Source: Phoronis australis (Eukaryota; Animalia; Phoronida). From it: 64,000 nucleotides of DNA. Below the pieces are notes generated by a model that was given only the letters and a program-made list of their open reading frames with translations, made no database searches and was not told the DNA's origin. The stretch is from positions 940,730-1,004,729 of the forward strand of contig NMRA01000006.1 in NCBI GenBank assembly GCA_002633005.1. Reading direction: 5' to 3'. Position 1 is the stretch's first letter. Each line of letters begins with the position of its first letter. Shown in pieces: positions 1 to 13,100 of the stretch. The translations under genes were made by a program, and so were the position numbers.

Positions 1-355
1 TAACAACACACTTAAACAGCAATATCTCTGTAGAAATCGATCCAAATTTTATATAATACATACCACCATGTTTGTCTCAATTAGACGAATCTTTTTATAT
101 GCAGCACATGTATATTCTTTTATTTTTTACGAAATTATGTAAAAAGGCAGATATTTTACGCATAATCGTCGCGTTTCAACGGCCATTTTCTCGTCAACCG
201 CTCATCCGATTTTTCTGATTTTTGTACCATTTCATTTCTCACACCAAGGGCTTTTCAAAAATGTATGACACATGGGTATTGTAAAAAAAATTTAAAAAAC
301 GTTGTCCTCCCTAGACTAAGACGTAGGAGTCTTGCTTTTGGTAACGGGTCTTTTT
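1..355 (+). repeat. Possible 3' part of a non-autonomous interspersed repeat (HINE/MITE-like)
   Basis: Ends in an imperfect short hairpin (TTGCTTTTGGTAA) followed by a T-run. The 5' end lies outside the window, so this is weak. Confidence 0.25.
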
Positions 356-1214
356 AATGACAGAAGGAAACGTGAACAGAGCAGAGTAGGGTTATCCATT
401 TATGTTTTGAAACAACTGTGAAGTAACACATTCCACCGCTCGCAAAACCGCCACACAAGCCAACACACGTGAGTGTCACAGCCTGACTTCTGAATCTTCA
501 CTGAATGTGACTGTCGACGGCGGAACGTCCCCGGCAAGGCTTGAATATGGGCTGAGTCTAAGCTATTCTAAGAGTCCAATAGAGCGCTGTGGCTCTCTGT
601 GATCACATTAAATACTAACCTCTTTAACGGACAGGAACTCAAGCAATGGAAAGACCAAATGTCGGTCCAAATATTGGCCCATACGGGACGTGAGATCAAA
701 CTCCGCCATTTTTTCTTCACGCGGGACCATCAAGGACCGTGTTATGTTTTATTGAAACACCATTATTACATATATTAAAGAATAAAACCCAATGTAAAAC
801 CGCATTTTTTTAAATGGTCTATTGCTATTTTATTTTTAAAACTTACTAATAATATCAAATATTTTTTAATAATAATGTGAGCCCGAACGATTATACTGAC
901 ATCTTTTGTAGAAACTAAAAAGCAGATACAGAACTATTTTTATCCTTAAAACATAGTAAATGAAATTGAAAAGCCTAAAGATGCATTCTTCATTGCTATC
1001 AAGTCAAGAAAAGTGGGGTAACGTTATTTGGAGCATTGATTGTTCAAATATCACACATACTATCAGCTCAAGAATACATAATGCGGATGACCCTTTCCAG
1101 ATTCGTGATTAGGTCAACAACACAAGTGAGAGAAGGACAGTTGTCAACACTATTCTACCTTAGATATAAGTTGACGCTACATAATTGACGCTGATATTAG
1201 TTGGCTTTATATAG

Positions 1215-1302
1215 GTGACGCTGATATTTTATGCTGCCACTAAAATCAAGTCAGATATGTCTGAAATTCAGACTCAAACGAATGTTGCTGATGAATTGAT
1301 TG
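1215..1302 (+). CDS. RNF146: Candidate upstream coding exon of RNF146 (ATG at 1257: MSEIQTQTNVADELI)
   Basis: Acceptor TTTATATAG at 1206-1214, open frame, and donor G|GTGAGT at 1303 in phase 1. This matches the phase-1 acceptor at 3223. Confidence 0.55.
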
Positions 1303-1858
1303 GTGAGTATGCTGTGCGCAATTGGAACACACAAGAAACGTGGAAAGATCACTCAAATCACGTCCGTGTTTGCAGTGCATAATAGCAAATTAGATGCTTA
1401 TAAAACAGTATGACTTTTAACCAACCTGTGTTAAATTATTGACGATCTTTTACCAAACAAATAAGTTATTACCTTTGCCATTCCTCCGATTCTGTGACAT
1501 AAGTAGATCACCCTGGTCTCTGCTGGCGCAGCCACTAGAGGCGATGGAGCTCCTATAGGCGCTTTACACGCTGGAAACTTTTCGGCGAATTATGCCTCGC
1601 ATTGACTAAAACATCAAAGTCACGTTGTTATAAATACCTTTTGCGCATAGAGGAACACCTTAGGAGGTCGTCAATGTATTTAATTCCTTCCACCACGAAC
1701 AAATAGTCCCGTTATCAAACTTTTTCTTCGAGCAGTCCCTCGTTCAGTTCCCAAAATCAGTAACTCACCATTTTCACACTGCGCATGCTAGGGGATACAT
1801 ACGCAGCAGAGATGATGGTCATTTTCTATGACACAAGTTATTGGTACTTATGTCTAAA

Positions 1859-2695
1859 TAGCCAGCAAGTTAGCTGTATCATTTGTATGAAGACTATTGT
1901 CAAAATGCAGCTAGGTAGTTAGTTCTGCTAGTCACCTCGCCGTGAAACTTGTATCAACATGTAGAACTAAATACTGATGGGGTTGAATGCAAAATCTGGG
2001 AGTCAGCTGACACTCACCTTGCACGTTACAGCCGTTTAAGTGAAAAATAATCTAATAAACACCATTTTTTGTGTAATTCTCTGCCTTTTTTAACAATGAA
2101 AAGCATGTCGTTTTGTATGCTCATAGCATGCGCCATTTCCCAAATTTTTGCAACAGCTTCACAGCAGCAAATTTTGTTCTGAAATTGGGTTTGCTGTGGT
2201 ATCAAAACTCTAAAAACTTATAGAAGTGAAACCAGTTCTGATAATTTTTTTGACATGTATGCAACCTTCATTATCAGTTTTAAGAATTTTGGATACCAGC
2301 AAACCAAATTTCAGAACAAATTTTTGCTGCTGCGAAGCTGTCATCATCTCCTGAGAGATACTGCAAAGAATTTAAGAAATGGCACGTGCGCGTGTCATGA
2401 GTGTACTGTTTTCAAAACAATGACATACTTTTCAATGAACATTAAATACGCGGAGAATTACGCTAGAAAATGACATTTATTAGATTGTTTTACACTTAAA
2501 CGGCTGTAACAGGCAAGGCATGTTTGGTTTGACTCCTTGATTTTACATGCACCCCCCGCCGGTCTTTAGCTCTTCATATCGATACAAGTTTCATGGCAAG
2601 GTGACAAGGAGAACTACCTGTGCCGTGTGCAATTTCAAGGTCTGTCGGTGGTACCTAGCTGTACTTTAGTCTTCATACAGCTAGCTGGCTGGCTA
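1859..2695. mobile_element. About 840-bp imperfect palindrome (foldback/MITE-like) in the RNF146 intron
   Basis: Arms are reverse complements, e.g. GTTACAGCCGTTTAAGTG (~2026) / CACTTAAACGGCTGTAAC (~2493) and CAGCAGCAAATTTTGTTCTGAAATT / AATTTCAGAACAAATTTTTGCTGCTG. Centre about 2245. Confidence 0.75.
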
Positions 2696-3223
2696 ATGCA
2701 CTGCAAGTATTCTTCAAGTGATAGGCTGAAATTAGTGAAGAGCTAGGCAATACATCGCATGTGGACAGGTGGATGCTGTGTTGCACTGCCAGACCGGCTT
2801 AGCTTTTGATTGATAAACTAAAATACTAGTACAGTACACTAATAGTATGGTGACTAAAGTGATCAACACGTAGCCCTCAGCTGGCTGTCTGCGGCCTCCA
2901 CTGATGATATGATTGGGTATATCTATGAAAGCAGTTAGCTTTTCTGCAAAGCTGTATTAATATATAGCTTTGCATTGACGTGGGTAAAAACTGGCCAAAT
3001 AAAATCTGACAGTGACACAAAATTAGCGTCATTTAAGACTGCACTCTTCCTTAAGTAAACTAAATTAGTTATCAGTTCTAAAAAAACTGTATTCTTCAGC
3101 TAAAGTTGTGGAGTAATCTTGTGCGTCGGTGCGGACTGGGACAATAAAGATGTATCACCCGTGACCTAAAGCTCCATTAGATGTTTGTAGTACTAATTTC
3201 TTTGTATCTTTTTTATTATTTAG

Positions 3224-4188
3224 GTGCTGATAAAAGAGATTGTCCAGTATGTCTTCAGGACTGCATACACCCTGTTGAACTACCATGTGGACACATCTTT
3301 TGTTTTCTATGTATCAAAGGAGTTGCTCTACAGAGCCGTCGATGTGCACTGTGTAGATGTGTCATCCCCACAGATTTTCTGAACAACCCAAAGTTGTTGG
3401 ACTTTCGCGAGCAGAGCTCTGACACTAGCGACTCCTACATATGGTTCTATGAAGGTAACAATGGCTGGTGGCAGTATGATGAACGAACAAATACAGAGAT
3501 AGAAGAGCGTCATAAAAAGGATGAAAAAGTGTTTGATTTGTTAATCGCTGGTTTTGTCTATGTTATTGATTTGGACAATATGAAACAGTATCGCCGTGAC
3601 TACCCATCCAGACAGCGCTGCATTAAAAGGGATGTGATAAGTGCGCCAAAAAAGGGAATAGCCGGCCTGAGGATTGGCGGTGTTGTGCCACGTGAGGGTG
3701 CTGAGGGACAGGAAGTTGATAGAGGTCAGTTGACTGTACAACCAGTCAACAGTGGTCAACAAGGAGGTGGGCGATCGAGTGCTGGGCATCTGCGACCAGT
3801 ATGGTCACATAGTGGACAGCCAAGTCTGACACCGGACAGTGACCAACTGGATGCAGGAGCCAACAGTGACCAGCAAGAAGATCTGAGACCAACATGTGAT
3901 CAACCTGTGGCAAGGTCTCGCCAAGAGACCCCTGGCCGACCCCATAGTGGGGAGCAAATTCGAGGAAGGCCACGAAGCAGTCTGCAAGCTGTGGGTCGAC
4001 CACATAGTGGACAGGTGGCTCCAAGACTGAGGTCTGTGGCCGGTGATAGTCTGCTGCAGATGGACGATTCCTCTGCCGGCCGACGGTCAGCGGTAGTTGT
4101 TAGTAACTCAGATAATGGCTCAGTGGTTGAGTTGGAATCACAAGTGGCCAGTCTGCAAATTAATGATTTTGCCAGCAGCTGTGAATAG
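3224..4188 (+). CDS. RNF146: E3 ubiquitin ligase RNF146 (Iduna), main/last coding exon
   Basis: C3HC4 RING (CPVCLQDCIHPVELPCGHIFCFLCIKG...CALC), then WWE domain (WFYEGNNGWWQYDERT...LIAGFVYVIDL..MKQYRR...KKGIAGL). Polypyrimidine tract and AG at 3222-3223; stop TAG at 4186-4188. Confidence 0.95.
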
Positions 4189-6275
4189 AACAACACAGAA
4201 GACAAATTGGACCGAAATTCTTGTTTTGTGCTTGAATTGATTCAAACAAGGGATCACAATGTCTTATAGTCACTCTCTCATTTAAGAGTCATTTGTGTCA
4301 CAGGAAGGAACAGAATTGATACAAGTACTAACTCCTTTCATATTTAGTTGAAAAGTCGCTTTAAAGGGATACGTGTTTCGTGAATTCTTTACACAAGACG
4401 TAGTTAATTTAAAACATCCTGTTTCACGGGAATGGTTTTTTATGAATGTTCAGAACTTCTCATTATCGTTTAGCAGTAGAGGTGACAGGTTGCTAAAAGC
4501 TACCTTTGAGTGATAGACACACTGGGCACTGCCATTGGAATGAGTGGTCTGACTTTCAGTTTGATTGGTAAAATTCCTATTCTGGATTATGGCTTACCAT
4601 GTTTCTGTGAATGCTAAAAAATCGCCAAATGTCATTTGGTGGCTTCTGCACAGTACAAACCTTGTGTGCAACAAAGTCGCATTTGTTTTGTGATTAGTAA
4701 ATTCCACTTAAATTTCCGACACATTTTGTCATACATAAGAGTTTTTACCCTATTTGTCAATAAGCAGTTGGCTTCAAATATGCATTAAGATTAAAGCCGA
4801 TAGTTTGATCATGCTTTCCTTATTTGCCAGAGAGGTGTATATTGGTTGTGGTGGAGTTACCAGAAACACATTGTTTGTAGAATCTTGCTCTGCACTGCAG
4901 TTACTTGGAGTGATCACAGACACACACTAGACCTAGATGTGCCCAGCTTTCAATCAATCATACTCATAGCAACCGAATGATGCGAGGACAGTTGCGTTAA
5001 CCAAGGAGATGCCATCTTTTGTCTATGTTGCTAGTTTAATGCCAAATGTGTTCTTTTTATGCATTGTGATCTGTTTTTTTGTGAAACGTCATCTTAAAAG
5101 ATGTTACTCTCAAATTCGAGACATTCATGGAGAATTTCTAGAAACTTTTGTTTATTGGTGAGACTGGAAGTTAGTGGGAGAGATTGCCATGATGGTTTTA
5201 TTTGGCTTTTAAAAGTAAAAAGTGTGTATTGTTGAGAAAAGAACGTTATAGACTTAAAAAAGTCTTATAGGGAAACTCTAAATCACAATGAACAATGTTG
5301 TGATCAACAAGTTTGGCTTACGCTTTGTCATCAATATTTTCTTTGTAACACATGTTAACAGTCTGGCAATGTTGTTTTACTGCTGTAAAGTTGAATGTTT
5401 ATTTAAATTTGTTCTATGAAGCTCAAAGAGTGCTAGTCAACATGACGTTGCCGTGCGTTGCGCGTTGGTCCTTGGCCTAACAAATTGATAACAAAACTTA
5501 AATCCTAACTTTTGAGTTTTAATTCACAATTGTGTGCAGTTGGGAAACTTTAAAGTTGTCAACTATGTGATTGCAGTATTTGCTCAAAGCTAACATTTTG
5601 TATATCAATTTGCAGTTAAGCTTGCAAATAGTGGTGAATTGAGTTTGTGTGTACATCGTCAAGGTTTATGGACACAATTTGGTTATCTTTCTAGTGTTTT
5701 CTACTGCTATAGTAACCTTTATTCGGGTAATTCTCCAGCATCATTTTGGTCTAGTGTAATCGTTTCTGTACTATTTTCATAGACCCTAATTTTGGGAGGT
5801 GGGTCTACAAGACACCTGTGTTTGGAACTGTAAGGCAAGAACTGGGTTACATGCAAGAACATAGTGGGCATTTTGTGCTATTCTTAAAGATTGTACAAGG
5901 TTGATTTTTGGTAGTACGGAGGCAGTGATGCACTTTCACACGATATTAACAGTAAACTTGCTTGTTGTTTAAAATATAGGAAATGTATATTTTACATGTG
6001 TTGTGTTTAAATTAAAAGATCAATGCTGTACGTAGCTGCCAGTGCCGAAGTTGATTTTGTGGCCATTTTCTTAAGATGACAAGCCTGAAATATCTACAAC
6101 CATTTTGTTACAAAATTCAATTACCATAGTTTTCATTTCACTGAATTCATGGGTAAAAGATATATAAGACCTTATCAACGAGTCTGTATTCAGTCAAACT
6201 TCTACAAACCTATAGGTTTTTCCAACCAGTAAAAATCACATCTTTCCTATTAAATGCGGAAAGCTTGCAGACTGA

Positions 6276-7364
6276 TTTTTATGCGCCCACATATTTATAT
6301 GTGGACGCATTATGCCGTCATCTCTGTCCGTCCGTCCGTCCGTCCGGGCGGCGTCCGTCCGGCGTCTGGCGTCCGGCGTCCGCTGCTCTATCTCCAAAAC
6401 CCTTTGACATACGTTCATGAAATTTGGCACATATGTTCCATTCATGAATGGGACGGCATGTGCGAACTTTCGGACGGATCCGACTACCGGTGTGCCCCCT
6501 AGTGGCAATTTTAGTTTTTTACGCTTACCTTTGTATCTTCAAAAGTCCTGAACGGATTTTCATGAAATTTGGTATGTAGGCACCTATTAGTGAGATGACG
6601 CTATCCTACTGTTTTCAGATGGATTCGACGTAGTTTGCGCCACCTAGTGGCCATTTTTACTGTTTTCGAGTCTGTATTTTTGCGTCCACCCCTCTATCAA
6701 CCAAACCGCTCAAAGGATGATTGTGAAAATTGGCGTGTATGTGCTTACTATAAGGAAGACAGCTGACAATGATTTTCAGACGATTTGGACTACTGTGGCG
6801 CCTCCTAGTGGCAGTTTTGTTTTTTTGCGCCCATGGCTGTATCTCCCAAACCGTTTGCAGGATCTTTACTAAATTTAGCAAGTGTATTTATGTGATGTTG
6901 ACAACGGACGATGACGACTTTAGGATGATTCTGATTACCGGTATGCCTCTAGTGGCAATTTTAGTATTTGCCTCTAGTGGCAATTTTAGTATTTTACATT
7001 GACCTCTGTATTTTCATAGGTCTTTAGGTGTATACTTTGTGTTACTTCGTGACTGTGAAGGAAAAGTTCCAAGTAGAAATTTGTTTCTGGCATTCTAATG
7101 CTGTGCTAATCTCGTATGTTGGTAAATTTGTTTTTAATTCTATGTTTCTGTGGTGCTTTAAGCAACTGGTGTATAGGATGTGCTTGTATTATGAAGATTA
7201 CTCACATTTTGCCCCTAGCCTATTGAGGAGACAATGACCATGCCTTTCCATTTTGCAAAGTATGCCCTCTACTGGCCACTTTATGGTACCAATAAACAAC
7301 CCTAGAAGGATACCGTATGCGGTGCAATTGTGGGCGCATTTCAACGCTCCGCGTTGCTCTTGTT
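6276..7364 (+). mobile_element. Non-autonomous Helentron-associated element (HINE/DINE-1-like)
   Basis: 5' sub-terminal IR ATGCGCCCACA (6281-6291) with nearby partial inverted copy TGTGGACGCAT (6300-6310). (GTCC)n microsatellite at 6327-6345. 3' sub-TIR TGTGGGCGCAT (7329-7339), hairpin CAACGC-TCC-GCGTTG (7342-7356), then CTCTTGTT. Flanked by T-runs. Confidence 0.8.
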
Positions 7365-9955
7365 TAAAGTTTTACCCGTCATTAATTGGACATATGGCCA
7401 TGTATTTTTAATGAAATGTAGAAAACAGGAAAGAGCATTCATTGCAAATCAATGGTGTCAACACTATGTCATTTGATATGAATGTTCAGTATGAAATCTG
7501 AAAAATGCTGTTAGTTTTCTAAAATATTTAGTTTTCAATGGTTTATGCAACTTAGTTTTTTCATGAAAACCAGAAGTCCTATTTTCAGAGCCCCTCTAGC
7601 GAATGTGGATTACTTAAAAACAATTCCTAACCATGGGTGTTTTGAGTATAATTCGATTGGTCATGTCTTAGACATGACGTTCTGAAATTAGCCAAATTTG
7701 GACATTTTTCAAGGGTACTGCATAACTTTTGTAAGATATTGATTGTTAAAGTACTTTGTTTCTTGTTCAATTTCTACCAAAATATTTCAACATACCAACA
7801 TTCTCTTTTATTATGTGTTTCCTAAGATGAATGGTAAACTTGTGTTTGGGGGATTAACACTGACCTCTTTCATGAAAAATGTCAGTTAAGGCTGTAAAGA
7901 TACTTTTAATAAAACAGTTTAAAAGCCATGAAATAATTTCTAATGTTTTTTTGAAAATTGAGTTTATAGCAGCTTTAATTTTGTTGAAATGTTTCATTTA
8001 AATCTTATCTGTAAATTTTATTGAATTCTACACTCTGAAAGTTTTGTGGATTGTTCATATCTGTATATTTTTAAATGTGTTACAAATGTGACCACAGAGG
8101 ATTACACTGAACAATGTTTTATTACTGGTTCAGAAGGATATTGTTGTAAGTACAAACAACTCTGAAAGTCATTGTCATTTTAATGAAAGTTTACACTTAC
8201 ATAATACCAGGGTGTGGAAACAACCCCATGATTGCGTTTCAAAATTCCAGCAACAGTGCTGCTTATCTGGTGACCAGTCTCAGGAATCAGATTCCATAGC
8301 CACACTGTCTGCAGCTGGAATTTGGTCCTAGGCACTAGACTAAGTCACACATGAGTGTATGCAACATTTTGGCACGTTTGTGTACGTCTGATTGTACCGT
8401 CGATTTGATGTCTCCAGTTACGGGTCTGAGTTTAGGCGATCATAGCTGGAATTTATAAGAGGCGCCACCATGGAATTGTCAACACCCCAGGAATAGAGTA
8501 TCTTGATTTATCAATCCTGGGTATTGCAACTACACTAATTAAAACTGTCTCACCTGCCACTTTACTTCTGAAACAACATAGTAGTGTCAAGAATTATGCA
8601 CCCAATTCTTGAAAATTATCCTTTAAAAAAACATAACATAAAATAATGTTCTACGACCATTTTTATTCAATAATTTCTCCATACCATATTTTACAGAAAT
8701 TCATTTAATAAAAATTCAGGAAAAATCATAAATCGATATTTTAAGAAGTTATAAACCTAGGTTCTGTCCATGAATCAAACCTCACTCGATTCTGACCACT
8801 AACCGTTATTTATAAAACTGGCCTCAACTTGTTGCCTAGTATGCAGATGAGCAGCCATTTGTGAGTTGGAACGAACTTATGATACGTTATTGCACGACAC
8901 CATGCTCAGTGAAGAAAATGACGTGTCATAAGTTAACTTGTAGAGTCCAGCAATAATGAATGGACAGGTCTTTCCCAGCCCGGAAACAAAATCTAATTTG
9001 ATTGAACAGACATTCAAGACCAATTTGGTAACGGAAAGTAATCTACATCAAAGGTAATTTTCATGATGGAAAAAAAGAGTCGGTTTAGAATGTCTATAAT
9101 TTTCTGACACTAAAAGAAAATCGAAATAAGGAATTTGTTATCTCTATGGTTACACAAAAAAGTGGCATATTAAAAGATTGTTTAGAATCATGGGGTGTTT
9201 TCAGCAACATTTAGAATACAATAGCCCCAAAACTTAAGCCTGTAGAAAAGAACCAAATAGAAAATACTGGCAATCTCATAATTAATGCATTTAATGTGCA
9301 ACAGTTAGTTACTGCTTGAGAACACGCCTAGCTGCGACAGAGACTGGACTTGAGCAACAACCAACAGTCACTTCTTTTCAAGAGCAGAAATCGCATCTAT
9401 TTTAACAAAGGAATAATTATTAAAGATCAATTTCATAACAGTAAGCAATCTAAATTTGGTATTGTGACGGATGACTGGTTTACTTGTGCATTAACCGTGC
9501 CATTCATAATTGTGTATTCAAGATACTGGGAGCATGATACTAATACAAGGATATGAGAAAATTTGCTTAAATAAGGTCGATCAGTGCTAAGAACTTGGAC
9601 GGTACGCTCCATCAGACACTTAAGATCTTGTTCTCACGCCACTAAAATGAATAGTCGACCTGTGTTACAACAAACCTAGTTTATAACATTCCCTTGCTTA
9701 TGAGGCTCCATTCCACAAGTCCCAAACCAAATAGTGTAAAAAATAACTTTGTTACGTCAAACATCAGTTACAACCAATGTTATGGAAAGGTACACAGGGG
9801 GTTCACTGTATCACACTTCCACTGTTTCATGACCATTAGTGGTTGATCACAGTGGTCCGGACACCCTTGTTCTAAGCATGAGCCCACACAGGCAGAAAAT
9901 CAAAAACATTCACTGAGTTGACCTGAAAACTGATAATCACTCAGTGACAGGTCCA

Positions 9956-10178
9956 TCAACGCTTAACTGTCATCCACAATAATCCGAACAATGTCCCATA
10001 CAGACAAGTTCTGATGTAAACTTTCCTGCCAGTCTCTGTGAACAACATTGGTACCGCCAGAGCACTAAAGAAGACAACTGCAGGCAAGGTCTCCATCAAG
10101 TTTATCCGTGACTTTTGACCCTCACCTTCGAATCTACCCTGTTGATTTGGGTCAGAAGAGTAAAATTTCTGCAACAAC
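9956..10178 (-). CDS. AGPAT5: AGPAT5 exon 8 (terminal)
   Basis: LLQKFYSSDP...GTLFGLLWMTVKR then stop TGA. Confidence 0.9.
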
Positions 10179-13100
10179 CTAATGAAAGACAAGTTGAATC
10201 TTTTGAAAAATACAGTTATAACAACTCACAAGATTAAAACCAAAGACAAGTGATTATGATACCACTTCAGGGTAATTTCATGGAAAACAGTGCAAAAATT
10301 GTCACTTATCAAAGGCTGTTTACTTTCCCACAAATACAAAATAACACAAATCACTGTAAAGACATCCATGCAATACAAACCAGGCTAATAATGAAGAAGA
10401 CTTGTGCCGATATCTGTTTTGTGCCACGTTGAATTTGACAAAACATAATTGCCCTTTTCTGCCAAACTGTGTGCTAACAGTTGAATGTTGTGTAATAAAA
10501 AAAATAATGTGTCATGGGTATTGATAATATTGTTCAACTATGCTAGACTCAGGATACCTGCATAACACAGCTGTCACACTCATAAAAATAGCTCCTCCAC
10601 ATATAAACACGAGTCACGCACTGGATAAACTCAATTCACTGCCGCACAAACGAAACTTACATACTGGCCGATAAGGGGCGGGGTTCCTCACAATTGAAAA
10701 TAGTTTTGTAACAAGTCATACCTGTCCTTCTCAACATATCTCTGATGAAGCCACTGCTGGAGCTCACTCTGATCTTGGGGTATCTCTGACATGGCAATAC
10801 GCTTGATATGCACGTGAATCTCTGGACAAGAACCCATGGCAACGTCTGTCAACAAAGACAAGTTAGTTATAGATGCAATAACCAAGATAATAATAATAAC
10901 TACAACCACAGAATGTAAAAATACTCCTGAAACCTAGCTACAGGTGCTGGAATGTTCCTATATGTTGGAGTAAACATCATTTAGGCACTTACCACCTAAT
11001 TTCAATTTGGGTAAAAATGGCTAAAATTGTCATTTTTCCATTTTCAAGAGCTGCACATTCTTAAACTTTCATGTAGAAAATGAATCTGAAACTAAATAAG
11101 GTGATCCAGATCCTCCCAAGGATACTATTGTTTCATGAAATGTAGAATATATAAAGGTAAATAAAACAACAAGAATGGATTAACTGAAATTTTCAGATAC
11201 AATAACGTCCTTCGTCAACATCATCTGTACAGAAATAATAGAAAAACTCCAACACCCCAGTACCCCTCATTGACTCAAAAGAGAACAATTTTGGATAGAC
11301 AAGCTCAATACTCTAGAACCTCATGGATTAAACATAAAAACTTCATAAAATCATATCATTTAATTATTTCTGCAACAATGTATCATATTCATTACGCCAC
11401 ATCTTAAATGTCAATTGTCATATAGTGTTTGATTTAACTTTATTTCTGTTTCTGTTGACGAAGTACGTTATTATATCCGAAAACTTCAGTTGATCCATTC
11501 TTGTTGTTTTATTTACCTATTTGGTATTTCAAACTTTTACAAAATGCTTGTTTGGAGTAAACTGCTATTCACAATTCTCAACACTTACAACTGATGCATA
11601 TGGTCACTACCTTGTGTCCAATGATCTGGATCGTGAAAAGTGACTTAAGACAGAAATTTGGTAGTTAAGGACTTCTCCCTTTCAATGTCTACATGACTTA
11701 CAGTTGTTGTGAATGTCTGATAATATCTGGCTCTTTTACTAACTGCTGAGGTCAGTAGATTGCCTGGTATGACAACATGCTGGACGATTATCTACCATAC
11801 TTCAAAGAGTTGCTGAAACTGTAATATGTTTGCACAGAATATACTAACCTGTTCTGTTAACTTTGGTTGTAGTTGGGCGATTTTGGTGATTCAAACACTA
11901 AACAGAATCAGCTTTTAACGAAGAATTTAGAATTCTTATTGGTTTAAGCTTATAACATATATTTTAAAATTATTTTTAACAGGACAGCCCACTCAGGCTA
12001 GAGGATTAGGGCAATTATAGAACATAGTGATCTGGCCCTCCAACCATCAATACCAAAGTGGAGTTAATCAATCGTGTAAGATACTGGCTACACTAGTCAC
12101 CCAGCCAACTTGTTCATTTGCTATCCGACCAAACAAGTTAGGGTCAACGGGAAACACTGTAATGGTTCCTTCTCCACTTGACAATTACTGAATGAAGATT
12201 TAGCTTAATTGAGCGCATCACAATGTAGAAATGCTTTAAGGACATGTTCACAGTAACTTATGTGTATATTTCAAGAGACTGCACTTTTGCTCAAATGCAA
12301 TTCAATAATTTTCTAAAATAGTTGTGTGGAGCGTAAGACAAAATTTCTGAATCGAGTCTTTTAAGACAAGTCACTTTTCATAAAACAGACCCCAAGTCGT
12401 CAAGAACCTGTCTTAACAGTGGGAGAGAAAACTGCGGTCACATCATTCATGCCACTTCAAACTTAACCCAGGTTTGTGTGTGTTCATTGCCCAGTGCTGG
12501 TAGTTTGAGTGTTGGAGTACACTACAATCACATAATACCCAGAACTTACCACTTAAACCTGGTACATGACATTTTACTTTTTTTGAATAAACTGCGGTGG
12601 CATCTCTCTCACCATTTACACTAAACCTTCATTGGTGCATAAGGTAGGTCTTACCACTGTCCAGTGCCAGTATTTAGTAGACGCACAATACTCAGAACTT
12701 ACCACTTAAGCTTGGTACACGTGATCGTGTAAATATGAAGACTGTCTGAGGTAAGGGGAAGTGACATCATCACACCATACACAGAACTTACAGCCTAAGT
12801 CTGGGGCATGTCATGGTAACTGTCAAGGGCCCAGAATCTAATCTTTAAATTAAGACAGGACTCCAACTGTTAGCCAATCAAGCCATGCGATTCAAAAGTT
12901 AACACAAAGCGTGCCATGCAATTGGTCAGTTTTTGACTAGAGTTTTGAGTACAAAGATCAGTGATTACGGCAAGAATAAAATTAGGCATATTGGGGACGA
13001 TGGAATGGAATGCTGTCGTTCACATTGCAAAGCTCAATCCAGAAGGGGAGACCAGCATGTTGTGTATTGTTGATTTACTTTTTTGTGAATAATTAATAGA

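Noticed and set aside
3181-3223. ORF-track start MFVVLISLYLFYYL as a signal peptide on RNF146
   Set aside because: It is the translated polypyrimidine tract of the intron; the acceptor AG is at 3222-3223.
6236-7002. Short ORFs (6236, 6254, 6657, 6769)
   Set aside because: They lie within the HINE microsatellite and internal repeats, with no protein motif.
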